A stretch of 64,000 nt of DNA from Chrysomallon squamiferum (Eukaryota > Animalia > Mollusca). The stretch spans positions 15,376,001 through 15,440,000 of the forward strand of contig CM022674.1 in NCBI GenBank assembly GCA_012295275.1, in the 5' to 3' direction. The notes beneath the pieces are model-generated. The model ran no database searches, had not been told where the DNA came from, and saw only the letters and a program-made list of their open reading frames with translations. Shown piece after piece: positions 1 through 14,654 of this stretch; position 1 is the stretch's first letter; every line of letters begins with the position of its first letter. Made by a program: the position numbers and the translations under genes.

Positions 1-3000
1 CTTCGTTCCTTACTTAGGTGATTATTTCTATACTTACTTACTTTCTTACGTAGATAATTGTTAATGTACGAAGTTCCATTCTCACTCAATTAGTTTCTTG
101 AATCCTTGCTTACTTAGGTCATTATTTACGAACTTACTTACTTACTTTCTAACTTAGATAAATGTTAATGTACTTACTTACATTCTGACTGAATTAGATT
201 ACTATTTATTTACAGACTCGCTTCTTTGATAACTTAGGTCCTTATTTCCATTCTTATTTAGTTTCTTTCTTACTTAGATACTTGTTAGTGCACTTAGTTA
301 CATTGTCACTTACTTAGGTTTCTATTTACTTACTGATTCGCTTCCTTTGTAACTTAGGTCATTATTCACGAACTTTCTTTTTTACTTAGATATTGGTTAA
401 TGTACTAACTTATATTCTCACTAACTTAGATAATTGTTTCCCTCTTTACTTAGGTCATTATTTACCTATCTACCTACTTTCTTTCTTACTAAGATATTTT
501 TAATGTACTTAGTTACATTGTCACTTACATAGGTTACTATTTTTTACTTATTTTATTTGCTTACTTAGGTTATTTCGAACTTCCTTTCCTTACTTAGATA
601 ATTGTTAATTTACGAAGTTACATTTACTAAATTATTTTCTTTCTTACTTAGATAATTGTTAATGTCCTTACTTACTCACATTCTGACTGAATTAATTTAC
701 TAATTATTTACTGACTCGCTTCTTTGATAACTTTCGTCATTATTTCCATTCTTATTTACTTTCTTTCTTACTTAGATAACTTTTAATGCATTTAGTTACA
801 TTTTCACTTACTTATGTTACTATTTATTTCCTTACAGATTAGGTCTTTTATTGCTAACTTAGGTCATTATTTCAAGAACTTACTTTCTTTTTACTTAGAT
901 ATTTTTTTAATGTACTAAATTACATTCTGACTTAATTAGTTACTTAGATACTTGTTCCCATGTTTACTTAGGTCATTATTTACCTATTTACATACTTTCT
1001 TTCTTACTTAGATAATTATTAATGCACTTAGTTACATTGTCACTTACTTAGGTTAATCTTTACTTACCTATTCGCTTCGTTCCTTACTTAGATCATTATT
1101 TCTATACTTACTTACTTTCTTACGTAGATAATTGTTAATGTAATTTGAAGTTGCATTCTCACTCAATTCTCACTCAATTAGTTAGTTTCTTGAATCCTTG
1201 CTTACTTAGGTCATTATTTACGATTTGAACTTACTTACTTACCTTTCTTACTTAGATAATTGTTAATGTACTTACTTACATTCTGACTACATTAGGTTAC
1301 TATTTATTTACTGACTCGCTTCTTTGATAACTTAGGTCATTATTTCCATTCTTATTTAGTTTCTTTCTTACTTAGATAATTGTTAATGCACTTAGTTACA
1401 TTGTCACTTACTTAGGTTTCTATTTACTTACTGATTCGCTTCCTTTGTAACTTAGGTCATTATTCACGAACTTTTTTTTTTTTTACTTAGATATTTGTTA
1501 ATGTACTAACTTATATTCTCACTAACTTAGATAATTTTTTTTCCCTCTTTACTTAGGTCATTATTTACCTATCTACCTATTTTATTTTACTTTCTTTCTT
1601 ACTTAAGATAGTTTTTAATGTACTTAGTTACATTGTCACTTACATAGGTTACTATTTACTTACTTATTCGCTTCCTTCCTTATCTTAGGTCAATATTTAC
1701 GAACTTACTTACTTTCTTTCTTACTTAGATAATTGTTAATGTCCTTACTTCACATTCTGACTGAATTAATTTACTATTTATTTACTGACTTGCTTCTTTG
1801 ATAACTTTAGGTCATTATTTCCATTCTTATTTACTTTCTTTCTTACTTAGATAATTTTAATGCATTTTTAGTTACATTTTCACTTACTTATGTTACTATT
1901 TACTTACAGATTCGCTTTTATTGCTAACTTAGGTCATTATTCAAGAACTTACTTTCTTTTTTTACTTAGATATTTTTTCATGTACTAAATTACATTCTCA
2001 CTTACTTAGATACTTGTTCCCATGTTTACTTAGGTCATTATTTACCTATTTACATACTTTCTTTCTTACTTAGATAATTGTTAATGCACTTAGTTACATT
2101 GTCACTTACTTAGGTTACTATTTACTTACCTATTCGCTTCGTTCCTTACTTAGATCATTATTTCTATACTTACTTACTTTCTTACGTAGATAATTGTTAA
2201 TGTACGAAGTTGCATTCTCACTCAATTAGTTTCTTGAATCCTTGCTTACTTAGGTCAATATTTACGAATTTTATTTTACTTTACTTTTCTTACTTAGATA
2301 ATTGTTAATGTACTTACTTACATTCTGACTACATTAGGTTACTATTTATTTACTGACTCTGCTTCTTTGATAATTTAGGTCATTATTTCCATTCTTATTT
2401 ATATTTTTTACTTACTTAGATAATTTTTAATGCACTTAGTTACATTGTCACTCTTACTTAGGTTACTATTTACTTACTCATTTTTGATTGGTAACTTAGG
2501 TCATTATTTACGAACTTACTTACTTTTTCTTACTTAGATATTTGTTAATGTACTAACATATATTCTCACTAACTTAGATACTTGTTTCCCTCTTTACTTA
2601 GGTCATTATTTACTTATTGATTTACCTGCTTTTTTTTCTTACTAAGATAATTTTAATGTACTTAGTTACATTGTCACTTACATTAGGTTACTATTTACTT
2701 ATTTATTCGCTTCCTTCCTTACTTAGGTCATTATTTTATGTACTTATTTTACTTTCTTACGTAGATAATTGTTAATGTAATGAAGTTGCATTCTCACTCA
2801 ATTAGTTTCTTGAATCCTTGCTTACTTAGGTCATTATTTACGAACTTAACTTACTTTCTTTTTTACTTAGATAATTGTTAATGTACTTACTTACATTTTC
2901 ACTGAACTAAGTTACTATTTATTTACTGACTCACTTCCTTGGAAACTTAGGTCATTATTTCCATTCTTATTTACTTTCTTTCTTACTTAGATAATTGTTA

Positions 3001-6000
3001 ATGCACTTAGTTACATTCTCACTTTTACTTAGGTTACTATTTACTTACTGATTCGCTTTTACTTTTGGTAACTTAGGTCATTTTTTTTACGAACTTATTT
3101 TACTTTCTTTCCTACTTAGATATTTGTTAATGTCCTAACTTACATTCTCACCTACTTAGATACTTGTTTCCATGTTTACTTAGGTCCTTATTTACCTATT
3201 TACATATTTTCTTTCTTTCTTAGATAATTGTTAATGTACTTAGTTACATTGTCACTTACTTAGGTTACTATTTACTTACCTATTCGCTTCCTTCCTTACT
3301 TAGGTGATTATTTCTATACTTACTTACTTTCTTACGTAGATAATTGTTAATGTACGAAGTTGCATTCTCACTCAATTACTTTCTTGAATCCTTCCTTACT
3401 TGGGTCATTATTTACGAACTTACTTACTTACTTTCTTACTTAGATAAACGTTAATGTACTTACTTACATTCTGAATGAATTAGGTTACTATTTATTTACA
3501 GACTCGCTTCTTTGATAACTTAGGTCATTATTTCCATTCTTATTTACTTTCTTTCTTAGTTAGATACTTGTTAGTGCACTGAGTTACATTGTCATTTACT
3601 TACTGATTCGCTTCCTTGGTAACTTAGGTCATTATTTACGAACTTATTTACTTTCTTACTTAGATATTTGTTAAAGTACTAACTTATATTCTCCCTAACT
3701 TAGATAATTTTTTCCCTCTTTATTTAGATCATTATTTACCTATCTACCTACTTTCTTTCTTACTAAGATAGTTTTTGATGTACATAGTTACATTATTCCT
3801 TACATAGGTTACTATTTACTTACTGGTTCGCTTCCTTGGTAACTGGTTCGAACTTCCTTTCTTACTTGGTTTTTTAGGTCATTTATTTACGAACTTACTT
3901 TCTTTGTTTACTTAGATATTTTTAATGTACTAAACTTATCATTCTCACTAACTTAGTTACTTGTTTCCATGTTTACTTTAGGTCATTTCTTTTTTTACTT
4001 TATTTACCTACTTTCTTTCTTACTTAGATAATTGTTAATGTACTTAATTATATTGTCACTTACTTAGGTTACTATTTACTTACCTATTCGCTTCGTTCCT
4101 TACTTAGGTGATTATTTCTATACTTACTTACTTTCTTACGTAGATAATTGTTAATGTACGATGTTGCATTCTCAATCAATTAGTTTCTTGAATCCTTGCT
4201 TACTTAGGTCATTATTTACAAACTTAATTACTTACTTTCTTCCTTAGATAAATGTTAATGTACTTACTTACATTCTGACTGAATTAGGTTACTACTTATT
4301 TACTGACTCGCTTCTTTGATAACTTAGGTCATTACTTCCATTCTTATTTACTTTCTTCCTTACTTAGATAATTTTTAATGCACTTACTTACATTGTCACT
4401 TACTTAGGTTACTATTTACTTACTGATTGGCTTGATTGGTAACTTAGGTCATTATTTACGAACTTACTTACTTTCTTACTTAGATATTTGTTAATGTACT
4501 AAAATATATTCTCACTAACTTAGATACTTGTTTCCCTCTTTACTTAGGTCATTATTTACCGATCTACCTGCTTTGTTTCTTACTAAGATAATTTTTAATG
4601 TACTTAGTTATATTGTCACTTACATAGGTTACTATTTACTTACTTATTCGCTTCCTTCCTTACTTAGGTCTTTATTTATTTACTTACTTACTTTCTTACG
4701 TAGATAATTGTTAATGTACGAAGTTGCATTCTCACTCAATTAGTTTCTTGAATCCTTGCTTACTTAGGTCAATATTTACGAACTTACTTTCTTTCTTTCT
4801 TAGATAATTGTTAATGTACTTACTTACATTCTCACTGAACTAAGTTACTATTTATTTACTGACTCACTTCCTTCGAAACTTAGGTCATTATTTCCATTCT
4901 TATTTACTTTCTTTCTTACTTAGATAATTGTTAATGCACTTAGTTACATTGTCACTTACTTAGGTTACTATTTACTTACTGATTCGCTTCCTTGGTAACT
5001 TAGGTCATTATTTACGAACTTACTTACTTTCTTACTTAGATATTTGTTAATGTACTAACTTATATTCTCACTAACTTAGATACTTGTTTCCATGTTTACT
5101 TAGGTCATTATTTACCTATTTACCTATTTTATTTCTTACTTAGATAATTGTTAATGTACTTAGTTACATTCTCACTTACTTAGGTTACTATTTACTTACC
5201 TATTCGCTTCCTTCCTTACTTAGGTCATTATTTCGATACTTACTTACTTTCCTGCTTAGATAATTGTTAATGTACGAATTTGCATTCTCACTCAATTAGT
5301 TTCTTGAATCCTTGCTTCCTTAGGTCAATATTTACGAACTTACTTACTTACTTTCTTACTTAGATAATTGTTAATGTATGTTGTTAATGTACTTACATTC
5401 TCACTGAATTAAGTTACTATTTATTTACTGACTCACTTCCTTCGAAACTTAGGTCATTATTTCCATTCTTATTTACTTTCTTTCTTACTTAGATAATTGT
5501 TAATGCACTTAGTTACATTGTCACTTACTTAGGTTACTATTTACTTACTGATTCGCTTCCTTGGTAACTTAGGTCATTATTTACGAACTTACTTACTTTC
5601 TTACTTAGATATTTTTTAATGTACTAACTTATATTCTCACTAACTTAGTTACTTGTTTCCATGTTTACTTAGGTCATTATTTACCTATTTACATATTTTC
5701 TTTCTTACTTAGATAATTGTTAATGTACTTAGTTACATTGTCACATTTTACTTATTCACTTATTTTACTATTTATTTTTACTTACCTATTTGCTTCTCCT
5801 CAATTAGTTTCTTTCCTTACTTAGGTCATTATTTACGAACTTACTTTCTTTTTTACTTAGATATTTTTAATGTACTAACTTACATTCTCACTTACTTAGA
5901 TACTTGTTTCCCTGTTTACTTAGGTCATTATTTACCTATTTACATACTTTCTTTCTTACTTAGATAATTGTTAATGTACTTAATTACATTGTCACTTACT

Positions 6001-7275
6001 TTGGTTACTATTTACTTACCTATTCGCTTCGTTCCTTACTTAGGTGATTATTTCTATACTTACTTACTTTCTTACGTAGATAATTGTTAATGTACCGATT
6101 TGCATTCTCACTCAATTAGTTTCTTGAATCCTTTACTTAGGTCATTATTTTTTTCATTATTTTTATAATTGTTTAATTACTTACTTTCTTCCTTAGATAA
6201 CTATTTAATTTAGAACTTACATTCTGACTAGGTCATTATTTATTACTTATTTATTTACTGACGTACATAATTCTTTGATAACTTAGGTCATTTACTTCCA
6301 TTCTTATTTCTATTTACGAACTTTTACTTTCTTACTTAGATATTTGTTAATGTACTTACTTACATTCTAACTGAATTAAGTTACTATTTTTTTGACTCAC
6401 TTCCTTGGAAATTTTAGGTCATTATTTCCATTCTTATTTACTTTCTTTCTTACTTAGATAATTGTTAATGCATTTAGTTACATTGTCACTTACTTAGGTT
6501 ACTATTTACTTACTGATTCGCTTCCTTGGTAACTTAGGTCATTATTTACGAACTTACTTACTTTCTTACTTAGATATTTTTTAATGTACTAACTTATCTT
6601 CTCACTAACTTAGATACTTGTTTCCATGTTTACTTAGGTCTTTATCTAACTATTTTACATACTTTCTTTCTTACTTAGATAATTGTTAATGTACTTAGTT
6701 ACATTGTCACTTACTTAGGTTACTATTTACTTAGTGATTCGCTTCATTGGTATCTTAGGTCATTATTCTCGAACTTACTTTCTTTCTTACTTAGATATTT
6801 GTTAATGTACTAACATACATTCTCACCTACTTCGATACTTGTTTCCATGTTTACTTAGGTCCTTATTTACCTATTTACATACTTTCTTTCTTACTTAGAT
6901 AATTGTTAATGTACTTAGTTACATCGTCACTTCCTTAGGTTACTATTTACTTACCTATACGCTTCGTTCCTTACTTAGGTCATTATTTCTATACTTAGTT
7001 ACTTTCTTACGTAGATAATTGTTAATGTACGAAGTTGCATTCTCACTCAATTAGTTTCTTGAATCCTGGCTTATTTAGGTCATTATTTACGAACTTACTT
7101 ACTTACTTTCTTACTTAGATAAATGTTAATGTACTTACTAACATTCTGACTGAATTAGGTTACTATTTATTTACAGACTCGCTTCTTTGATAACTTAGGT
7201 CATTATTTCCATTCTTATTTACTTTCTTTCTTACTTAGATAATTGTTAGTGCACTTAGTTACATTGTCACTTACT
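1..7275 (+). repeat. TTAC-rich satellite, subfamily A (~95-120 bp monomers, ~560 bp and ~1060-1070 bp higher-order repeats)
   Basis: Recurrent TTACTTAGGTCATTATTT and TTACTTAGATAATTGTTAATGTAC motifs. The marker CGTAGATAATTG recurs at about 49, 1123, 2185, 2760, 3335, 4139, 4699, 6075 and 7010. Confidence 0.95.
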
Positions 7276-7812
7276 TAGTTAATTTATTTGTTATTTAGAT
7301 AATTGTTAACGTACTTACTTGCATTCTTGCTGACTTAGTAACTTGCATCCTTGCTTAGTTAGGTCATTATTTACGTATTTAATTACGTTCTTACTTAGAT
7401 AATTGTTAATGCACAAATTTGCATTTTCACTTAGTTGCTCGCTTCCCTGCCAACTTAGATCATTATTTACGTACTTACTTACTTTCTTTCATAGTGAGGT
7501 GATTGTTAATGTACTTACATAGGTTACTATTTACTAACTTACTCGCTTCCTTGCTAACTTAGGACATTAGTTAAGTACTTACTTACATTCTTACTCACAT
7601 AATTGCAAATGTACTGACTTGCATTCTCACTTACGTAGAAACTTCCATCCTTGCTTACTTAGGTAATTATTTACTTACTTACTTAATTTATTTGTTATTT
7701 AGATAATTGGTAATGTACTTACTTAGGTTACTATTTCCTTACTTATTCTCTTCCTTGCTAACTTAGGTCATTAGTTAAGTACTTACTTACATTCTTACTC
7801 ACATAATTGATA
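7276..7812 (+). repeat. Satellite subfamily B block
   Basis: Carries B-specific motifs (CAAATTTGCATTTTCACTTAG, CATTAGTTAAGTACTTACTTACATTCTTACTCACATAATTG) that match the array starting at 45277. Confidence 0.85.
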
Positions 7813-7814
7813 AT

Positions 7815-8222
7815 GAAGTACATAAATAATGACCTCAGGAAGCAAGGAAGCGAATAAGTAAGTAAATAGTAACCTATGTAAGTGACAATGCGACTCAGTA
7901 CATTCAAAATTATCTTAGTAAGAAAGAAAGTAGGTAGATAGGTAAATAATGACCTAAGTAAAGAGTGAAACAAGTATCTAAGTTAGTGAGAATATAAGTT
8001 AGTACATTAACAAATATCTAAGTAAGAAAGTAAGTAAGTTCGTAAATAATGACCTAAGTTACCAAGGAAGCGAATCAGTAAGTAAATAATGACCTAAGTA
8101 AGCAAGGATGCAAGTTTCTAAGTAAGTGAGAATGCAAGTAAGTACATTAACAATTATCTAAGTAATAAATAAATTAAGTAACTACGTAAATAATGACATA
8201 AGTAAGCAAGGAAGCAAGTACG
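7815..8222 (-). repeat. Inverted satellite block (A-type ~7815-8085, B-type ~8085-8222)
   Basis: The sequence switches to the reverse complement (AAATAATGACCTAAGTAA, GTACATTAACAATTATCTAAGTAA). Confidence 0.92.
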
Positions 8223-8229
8223 TAACATG

Positions 8230-8710
8230 TGTTCAAGTAAATGTTTTGTGCCAATTAAGATTGGTAGAACTTTATTTAAAATTAGTAATGTCAAGCCTCC
8301 TATATAAACTGGTAGATAGTTCAATATTGAAACACAGAAAATGTCAGTTATGTAATTTTGATATTGGTGATGAGTTTCCCTATATTTTTAAGTGGAAAAT
8401 TTTACTTTTCAGAGAAATAAATATATACCATATTGTTTTACATTTACACCAAATATATACCATATTATTATACATCTATACCAAAAACAATGACATTTCA
8501 ACATTTATTTGCTACAACAACCAAAACAAATCACTTTTGTATAAACTTTCCTGAATTTTATTATATTGTCATTGAGAGAGTCAGTCTTTCGGATTAAATA
8601 ATAATTAAAAATATTACTACAGAAAATATTGTTTAAACTACGTTGTGTTTATATGTTCTCAATACTGCACGCGGTGAAATCATCAGAGAAATAAACATTT
8701 TTTGTCTTGT
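8230..8710 (+). mobile_element. Decayed 3' end of a non-LTR retrotransposon (LINE ORF2 C-terminal Cys motif plus 3' UTR)
   Basis: Across frames it reads ISNVKPPI*TGR*FNIE...RKCQLCNFDIGDEFPYIF, resembling the LPIETGR...C-x2-C...IGDEFH motif of invertebrate LINE ORF2 C-termini. AATAAA near 8689. The 5' end abuts the satellite. Confidence 0.7.
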
Positions 8711-9954
8711 CATAAGTTATGTGTTGAATTACTTATTCCGAGAATAAATAAATAAATAAATAAATAAATACTCGAATTAATGGACATTCCACATTCATAA
8801 ATATTTCAATTTCTACAGGAACCTCGAGTGTTCTATAAATTGATGAATAAAGCTGATCTTACTAAGGCAGATAATAAATACTGGCTATAAAACATGAACA
8901 TATAAAAATACTGAATGAGAAAAATAAATTAAATTATTTTTGAAATACACTGTCTACATTAGTTTCACTTTTTGTCCATTAGTCAATACTAAAGACAAGT
9001 AACACTTGATTAAAAATTAAAAATATTTTTATTCACAAAAATCATGATTATTGACTAATTTACAGCAGACGTTATAAAAAATGGTTAACAAACAAATCAA
9101 AGATAAAGTAAAATGATATTAATAATAACAAATTACTTTTAGTTCAAAACTGATGTAAATAAACTGTTAAATCATTATTAGTTTCAATACGAAAATGTGA
9201 AACAATAATTATAATAACAAATTAGAAAGAAGCTGAACAGTTACAATGACTGATAAATCAGTCAAGATTTTAGGCTTAACCTGAAGCTATAGTAACCTTT
9301 GATCACACACAAAGCCTGGATTTGATATAGCTTTACCACAGTTCAGTTATTTCCCATTGAATGAAAATATTGACCTGAATTATAAAAGGAAAAAGCCTAT
9401 CGTCCATACGTAACAGTTATTGTACTAACATATTGTCAACAAGCAAATACAGTGGGGGTTTTATGAATATGCAAATGTCAAATATTACAAATGAGCATAT
9501 GTATGAGTATTAGTATAATAATATATCGTGAATGCTAATCTAAAAATCAAACGTATTATGAATATGCAAATTAACGTAATTTTTATAATAAAGTATTATG
9601 TACGGAGATTCAAAATATCTATTATATCATTTTTTAAATTACTTTTTTTATTAATATTCAGAAGTAAAATATTAGAAATTATGAATCATCAAATGTTAAC
9701 GAAAAGAAATAGAGGGATAGATAGATAGATAAATAAATAAATAATAGTAGTAATAGTAATCACAATAGCAGTAGTGTCAGTAGTAGTAGTAGTAGTTGTA
9801 ATAATAAAAATAGAATGATGTTTATAAATAAATAAAAACAATAATAATAAATAGTCATTGATTATTTTTCTTCTTTGTGTTATTGTTATTGCTATTGTTA
9901 CTGTTATTATTATTATTGTCATTACTACTACTATTACTACTACTATTATTATTA

Positions 9955-9995
<41 letters not shown>

Positions 9996-10127
9996 CACGA
10001 AATTGACATCGATAGCGAGTAGCGAGACAATTTCCAAACTCATCCGAGCGCTTTGCCGTTGAAACTGATTTCTTCTCGGATCGCCTCGAGAGGAAAGCAA
10101 AAGCCTTCGGATTTGAGGAGTCATGAG

Positions 10128-10163
<36 letters not shown>

Positions 10164-11258
10164 GATTATTATAGTTCTTTCTTTCTTTCTTTCTTTCTTC
10201 GAGTAGAACAACAAGAGCAAGTACTACCAGCGCTTTATTTATTTATTTTTTATTTTTGTTTGTGTGCGTGTGTGTTTGCGTGTGTCTGCGTGTGTGTATG
10301 TATGTATTTAACCATCAGTTTCTTTAAAACAAGCATTAACAACAAAATGCTGTAACTGGAAAAGTGTACTGACCGAATTTAATCAAGGTACATAAAGTGA
10401 TTTTCAGAGAGAAAGAAAACAAAAATAAAACACACACATTATACCTTTAGTTCAGTTGTTTTAGAAAAGCAAAATAATAATGTTTCAAACTGTCTACAGT
10501 TTATTGTTTAAATGTGTTCTATGGCTAAAGTATTATGAGCAGTTTCAAGTCTAAACACCACAACAGAGACCCTGAAACATCTAAGCATTAGATTCTAGCA
10601 TCACCCCAGTATTTAATTTTATATAAATCTGTTATTATTATTAACACTGGGACATTGAACCCTCTTGTCCTTATCCTCATAGAATCAGTGAACCCCAAAG
10701 TTTCCTTTAAAACAAACAAACAAAACAAAAAAAAATTGGCAAATGTCATTTGTAACAGAATATGTAATTATTAACCAGGTCTAAATAATTATTTATAGAA
10801 AATAATATTTTAATAAATGAACCAAAAAAGTGAGGTAAGTTTCAGTTCTGTTTCGCTGGATGACGGCATTAATACTAATCAGTGTGTTTATAAAAGGTTG
10901 TGATGTGTGCTTTTCTGTTTATGGAAAGATGCACATAAAACTGTTGCTGCTAATCAGCAGTTTAGTCACTTTCAGTTTCTCTCACTAACTTTAAGATTAT
11001 ATAAAAACTCAGTTAATACTTATGGATGTTTTTTTTCCTGAGCGAGACATTAAACAGTTCCTTGTTTTTAATGATAAAAATTACAGTAAGTAAATAGAGC
11101 AAAATAAAATAACTGAAAATGAAAGCGTACAGATTAAAAATAAAATAAGTTTCCATCTGAAATCTATATTTTCCTTCTTTAATTTCAATACTTATAGTAA
11201 ATAAATTCTACGCTTACCGAACAGCAGCGATTACTACAAAGGAATCCCTCTCACCTAC

Positions 11259-13209
11259 TCACTGACTTCTGATCCTCATGTTATCAATATCGAGAGATTT
11301 GAACACCTGGTGGTGATACGATTTGGGATCGGAGACCATCTTCAAAAACAGATTTCTCCGCAGCCGTGCTCTTTGTAGATTGCATCTCTGATTGTCGAAT
11401 ATCATCTCATTATCGAACTCGGGGAAAACCTCGTCTTCAGTATCACTCCAACTCTCTTCAAGAATTTCCTTCTCAGCTTGTCGGTTGCTGTCGTAACAAT
11501 AGTTCTGACGTCATCTCCACTATGACGTCCCAGGCATAGGTGATATCTTTGTCGCAGGCTCTTTCCGCGCAAATGGCGAACCGAATAACAAACTGTTCGT
11601 TGATTAGTGTTGGTCTCATGTGTAGCTTACATGACTCACTGATCATGCGCAGTACCTTCTGAGTTAAAGAGTTGGGCCTCTTGAAAAGAAATATTATTTT
11701 GGTTAATTGCAGATTATTTTAAATAATTTAAAGACTCTTTTTTTCTGACTTATATTTCTTTTCCTCATTATGAATTTTTATTATTTTTTAAATTGTTACC
11801 ATTATTATTTTATTAGTACTTTTATTATTATTAGATATGTTGTATTTTCTTTTAGGTAATAAATGAATAAACAAATAAATATCTCATTCTAGCGAACATT
11901 AATTATAATTTAACCCTGACCTTAAGTTGGAAACAAACGAGACCCATGATAACTTCTCCGAGTATTTCAAACCGATCATCTTTTTCTACCAGACTTTCAA
12001 ACAGCTTCGCCAGAAGAACATGCTGAATAATAATAATAATTTTGAAATATATATTAAAATCGTGCGAAAATACATGTTTCAAGAAAGCAAAGAACCATTG
12101 CTAAGAAGATAATCATTTTTTTCAAAGGTAACACATTGTCGGTGTCATACAATAATAATAATAATAATAAAATAAAATAAAAAAATCATAGACAGTTAAG
12201 TCATTTACACAGAGTAAACGTAGCCTTTCAGCCAAACACGGACACTGTGATAATTATTACTGATATTGTGAAGATGATCAATGTGGGTCTTTAATTCATA
12301 TTTTAAAGAACACTTCACAAAAAAATAACACAGATAACAATAGATACAAATAAAAGCAAATAACTAAAACAACCTTGTGTTACTTTTAACTATATAATAT
12401 ACAGCACATTTACTTGTATATATTTAAATATAAATCATATGTATTTGTCAATAATTACTTGATGATCTTTTATTGAAATGGATCCTACATTTCCCATTTT
12501 ATATAGTAAACTTATGAAAAGTATAAAAAGGAATAAATAGCCAAGTGGTAAGAATTATTTTATTTAAACTCATATGAGGTTTTACTAAAGATTTAAAGAC
12601 AAATTTGATATGATTTACCCCATTTGTAAGTTAATTTGTTTTGTTAATGATAATTTTTGTTATTAGTTTTATCATAATTATCATCATTACTATTGTTAAT
12701 GTTCTTGTTACTAACATTTATAAAGGCTATTCGTTTCATCAAGAACGAGAACTTTCCTTTTTCATCAAATCTGACTCTGAGACTTACCTCCCTTAAACGG
12801 TGCTGAAGCCCTTCGATGTCTAAGATTCAATAAAGTTGTGAAAAATATATAAAATAAAAATAGCCAAGCGGTATTACTTGTTTTATTAAAATAGTTTTAT
12901 TTAAGATAAAAAGACAAATCTAATATACCCGATTTATAACTTAATTTGTTTTATTAATCATAATTTTTGTTATCACTGCTATTACTATTTCTATCATCAT
13001 CATCATCATCGTTATTTGCTAACGCTATTGTTACTAACAATTATACACTCCGTTCGTTTCCTTTAAGAACGAGAACTTTGCTATTTCTCCAAATATGACT
13101 GTGAGACTTACCTCCCTTATACGACGCTGAAGCCCTTCAACTCCGTAGCTTCGTAAAAAGAACCAAAGTTTCAGAAATCGAAACGCCTGCTCAAAGATAT
13201 TTCCCAGTG
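11259..13209 (-). pseudogene. TDC: Tyrosine decarboxylase (group II PLP-dependent decarboxylase): last three exons only, frameshifted
   Basis: Exon 13209-13112 is HWEISLSRR/RFLKLWFFLRSYGVEGLQRRIRE (98 bp, 1-nt deletion). Exon 12022-11921 is [34 protein letters not shown]. Exon 11679-11259 is PNSLTQKVLRMISESCKLHMRPTLINEQFVIRFAICAERACDKDITYAWDVI, then a frameshift, then RRNLFLKMVSDPKSY, which matches the TDC-type RSFFVRMVSDPK tail. No upstream exons were recognised. Confidence 0.88.
12520..13140. repeat. Diverged ~320 bp tandem duplication including the 3' end and donor site of a TDC exon
   Basis: AAATAGCCAAG occurs at ~12535 and ~12858; GAGACTTACCTCCCTTA...GCTGAAGCCCTTC occurs at ~12779 and ~13103. 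Confidence 0.8.
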
Positions 13210-13556
13210 CTCGTAAATGAACAAATTATTAATTAATTAATTTGGCAAGAATATTTCAGAAATATTAATTATTTTATTGTTCTATTGACCTTAGTGCCCT
13301 GAACAGATCACGTACTATGTTCATATAAAAGAATGAACGAATAACAAGAGTGGATGAAACAAAGAAGAAATAAATAAATCCACATGACATTATAAAATTT
13401 TAAAATTAATGTCAGGCATATTATTTATTAATTATCGTTGCTGTCGTTGTCGTTGTTATTATTATTATTACTATTATCATTACTTATACATCCTATATTT
13501 TCATCAGAAGGTTAACAGATTTAATGTACGCTTACATTAAAAAAATATATATATAT

Positions 13557-13690
<134 letters not shown>

Positions 13691-13910
13691 TATTTTGAGT
13701 TTCGAGAAACAGCAAACAATCTAATTCAGCTGCGAGGATCTATATTTATTTATTTAATTTAAATCTGGAGCAAAAGCTAAGCCACGGACATAATGAATAA
13801 TAAAAATAGCATACCGTGTGTCTACATATCTGACCGACTTTTGTTCAACTGATAAGAGGCCTCTTTATTCAATATCTTTTTTACGTCATTATGTCAGTAT
13901 TTCAGTATAG

Positions 13911-13911
<1 letters not shown>

Positions 13912-14007
<96 letters not shown>
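13912..14007. repeat. (GT)n microsatellite
   Basis: Perfect dinucleotide run; it explains the CV and HT ORFs. Confidence 0.97.
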
Positions 14008-14008
<1 letters not shown>

Positions 14009-14134
14009 ATGGCCGGACGGTGGGACCCGTTTGTCATGATTTCGAACCGAACGCGCAGACACCGGAAGAATGCGTTGCACAAACAAAGAATGGTTGTCAA
14101 CAACAAATGAAAGTAGAAACTTCTAACAGATCAG
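14005..14134 (+). pseudogene. Cys-rich exon fragment, copy 1 (paralog of 21616-21760)
   Basis: Reads HGRTVGPVCHDFEPNAQTPEECVAQTKNGCQQQMKVETSNRS followed by a GT donor; the 5' end is replaced by (GT)n. Confidence 0.5.
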
Positions 14135-14654
14135 GTGAACTGATTTTCTGAAGATAAAAGTACGTCAGGACATTTATGTGTTTATTATGCAGACTGATCA
14201 TATCACACGATAACATCATGGTACGAATAATCTGAAATCATGGTACGTATACATATTATTATTATTGTTGTTGTTGTTGCTGCTGTTGTTATTTTACGCC
14301 CTCTCCACATGAAGGATCTGGCCGCATATCGTCGATCTCAGCACGGGCATGGAGAAATCTGCCTACATTTATGTGAAACTTAATGCTGTTTAGAATGATT
14401 ATATTATTGAGCTTATTATTTTTCATCTTATATATATATATATATATATAATCTTCAGAAAATAACGGACAAGAAATGAAACAGCTAAAAAAGACACTTT
14501 GGTATCAATATGGATAGAGTACAGGAGACATGAGTACTGCTATCGTTGTCGTGTTAGGTTGACCTGAGAGATATTTAAAAATGTATAAGCACAAGGAATC
14601 TTATTAATTTTTAAATATCGATTGTGTATTTTATATTCATAATTTTATTTTCAG

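Noticed and set aside
7758-7973. 71-aa ORF
   Set aside because: Chance reading across the satellite inversion.
9280-9375. Exon-like segment on the minus strand (AG...GT)
   Set aside because: Stops in all three frames and no recognisable motif.
9689-10355. Poly-I/L/N ORFs and a ~130-bp GC-richer patch (9995-10128)
   Set aside because: The ORFs come from (TTA)n and (TAG)n microsatellites, and I recognise no motif or splice signals in the patch.
14340-14362. Short match to the TDC tail (GCACGG...GGAGAAATCTG)
   Set aside because: Only about 20 bp with no flanking similarity; could be chance.
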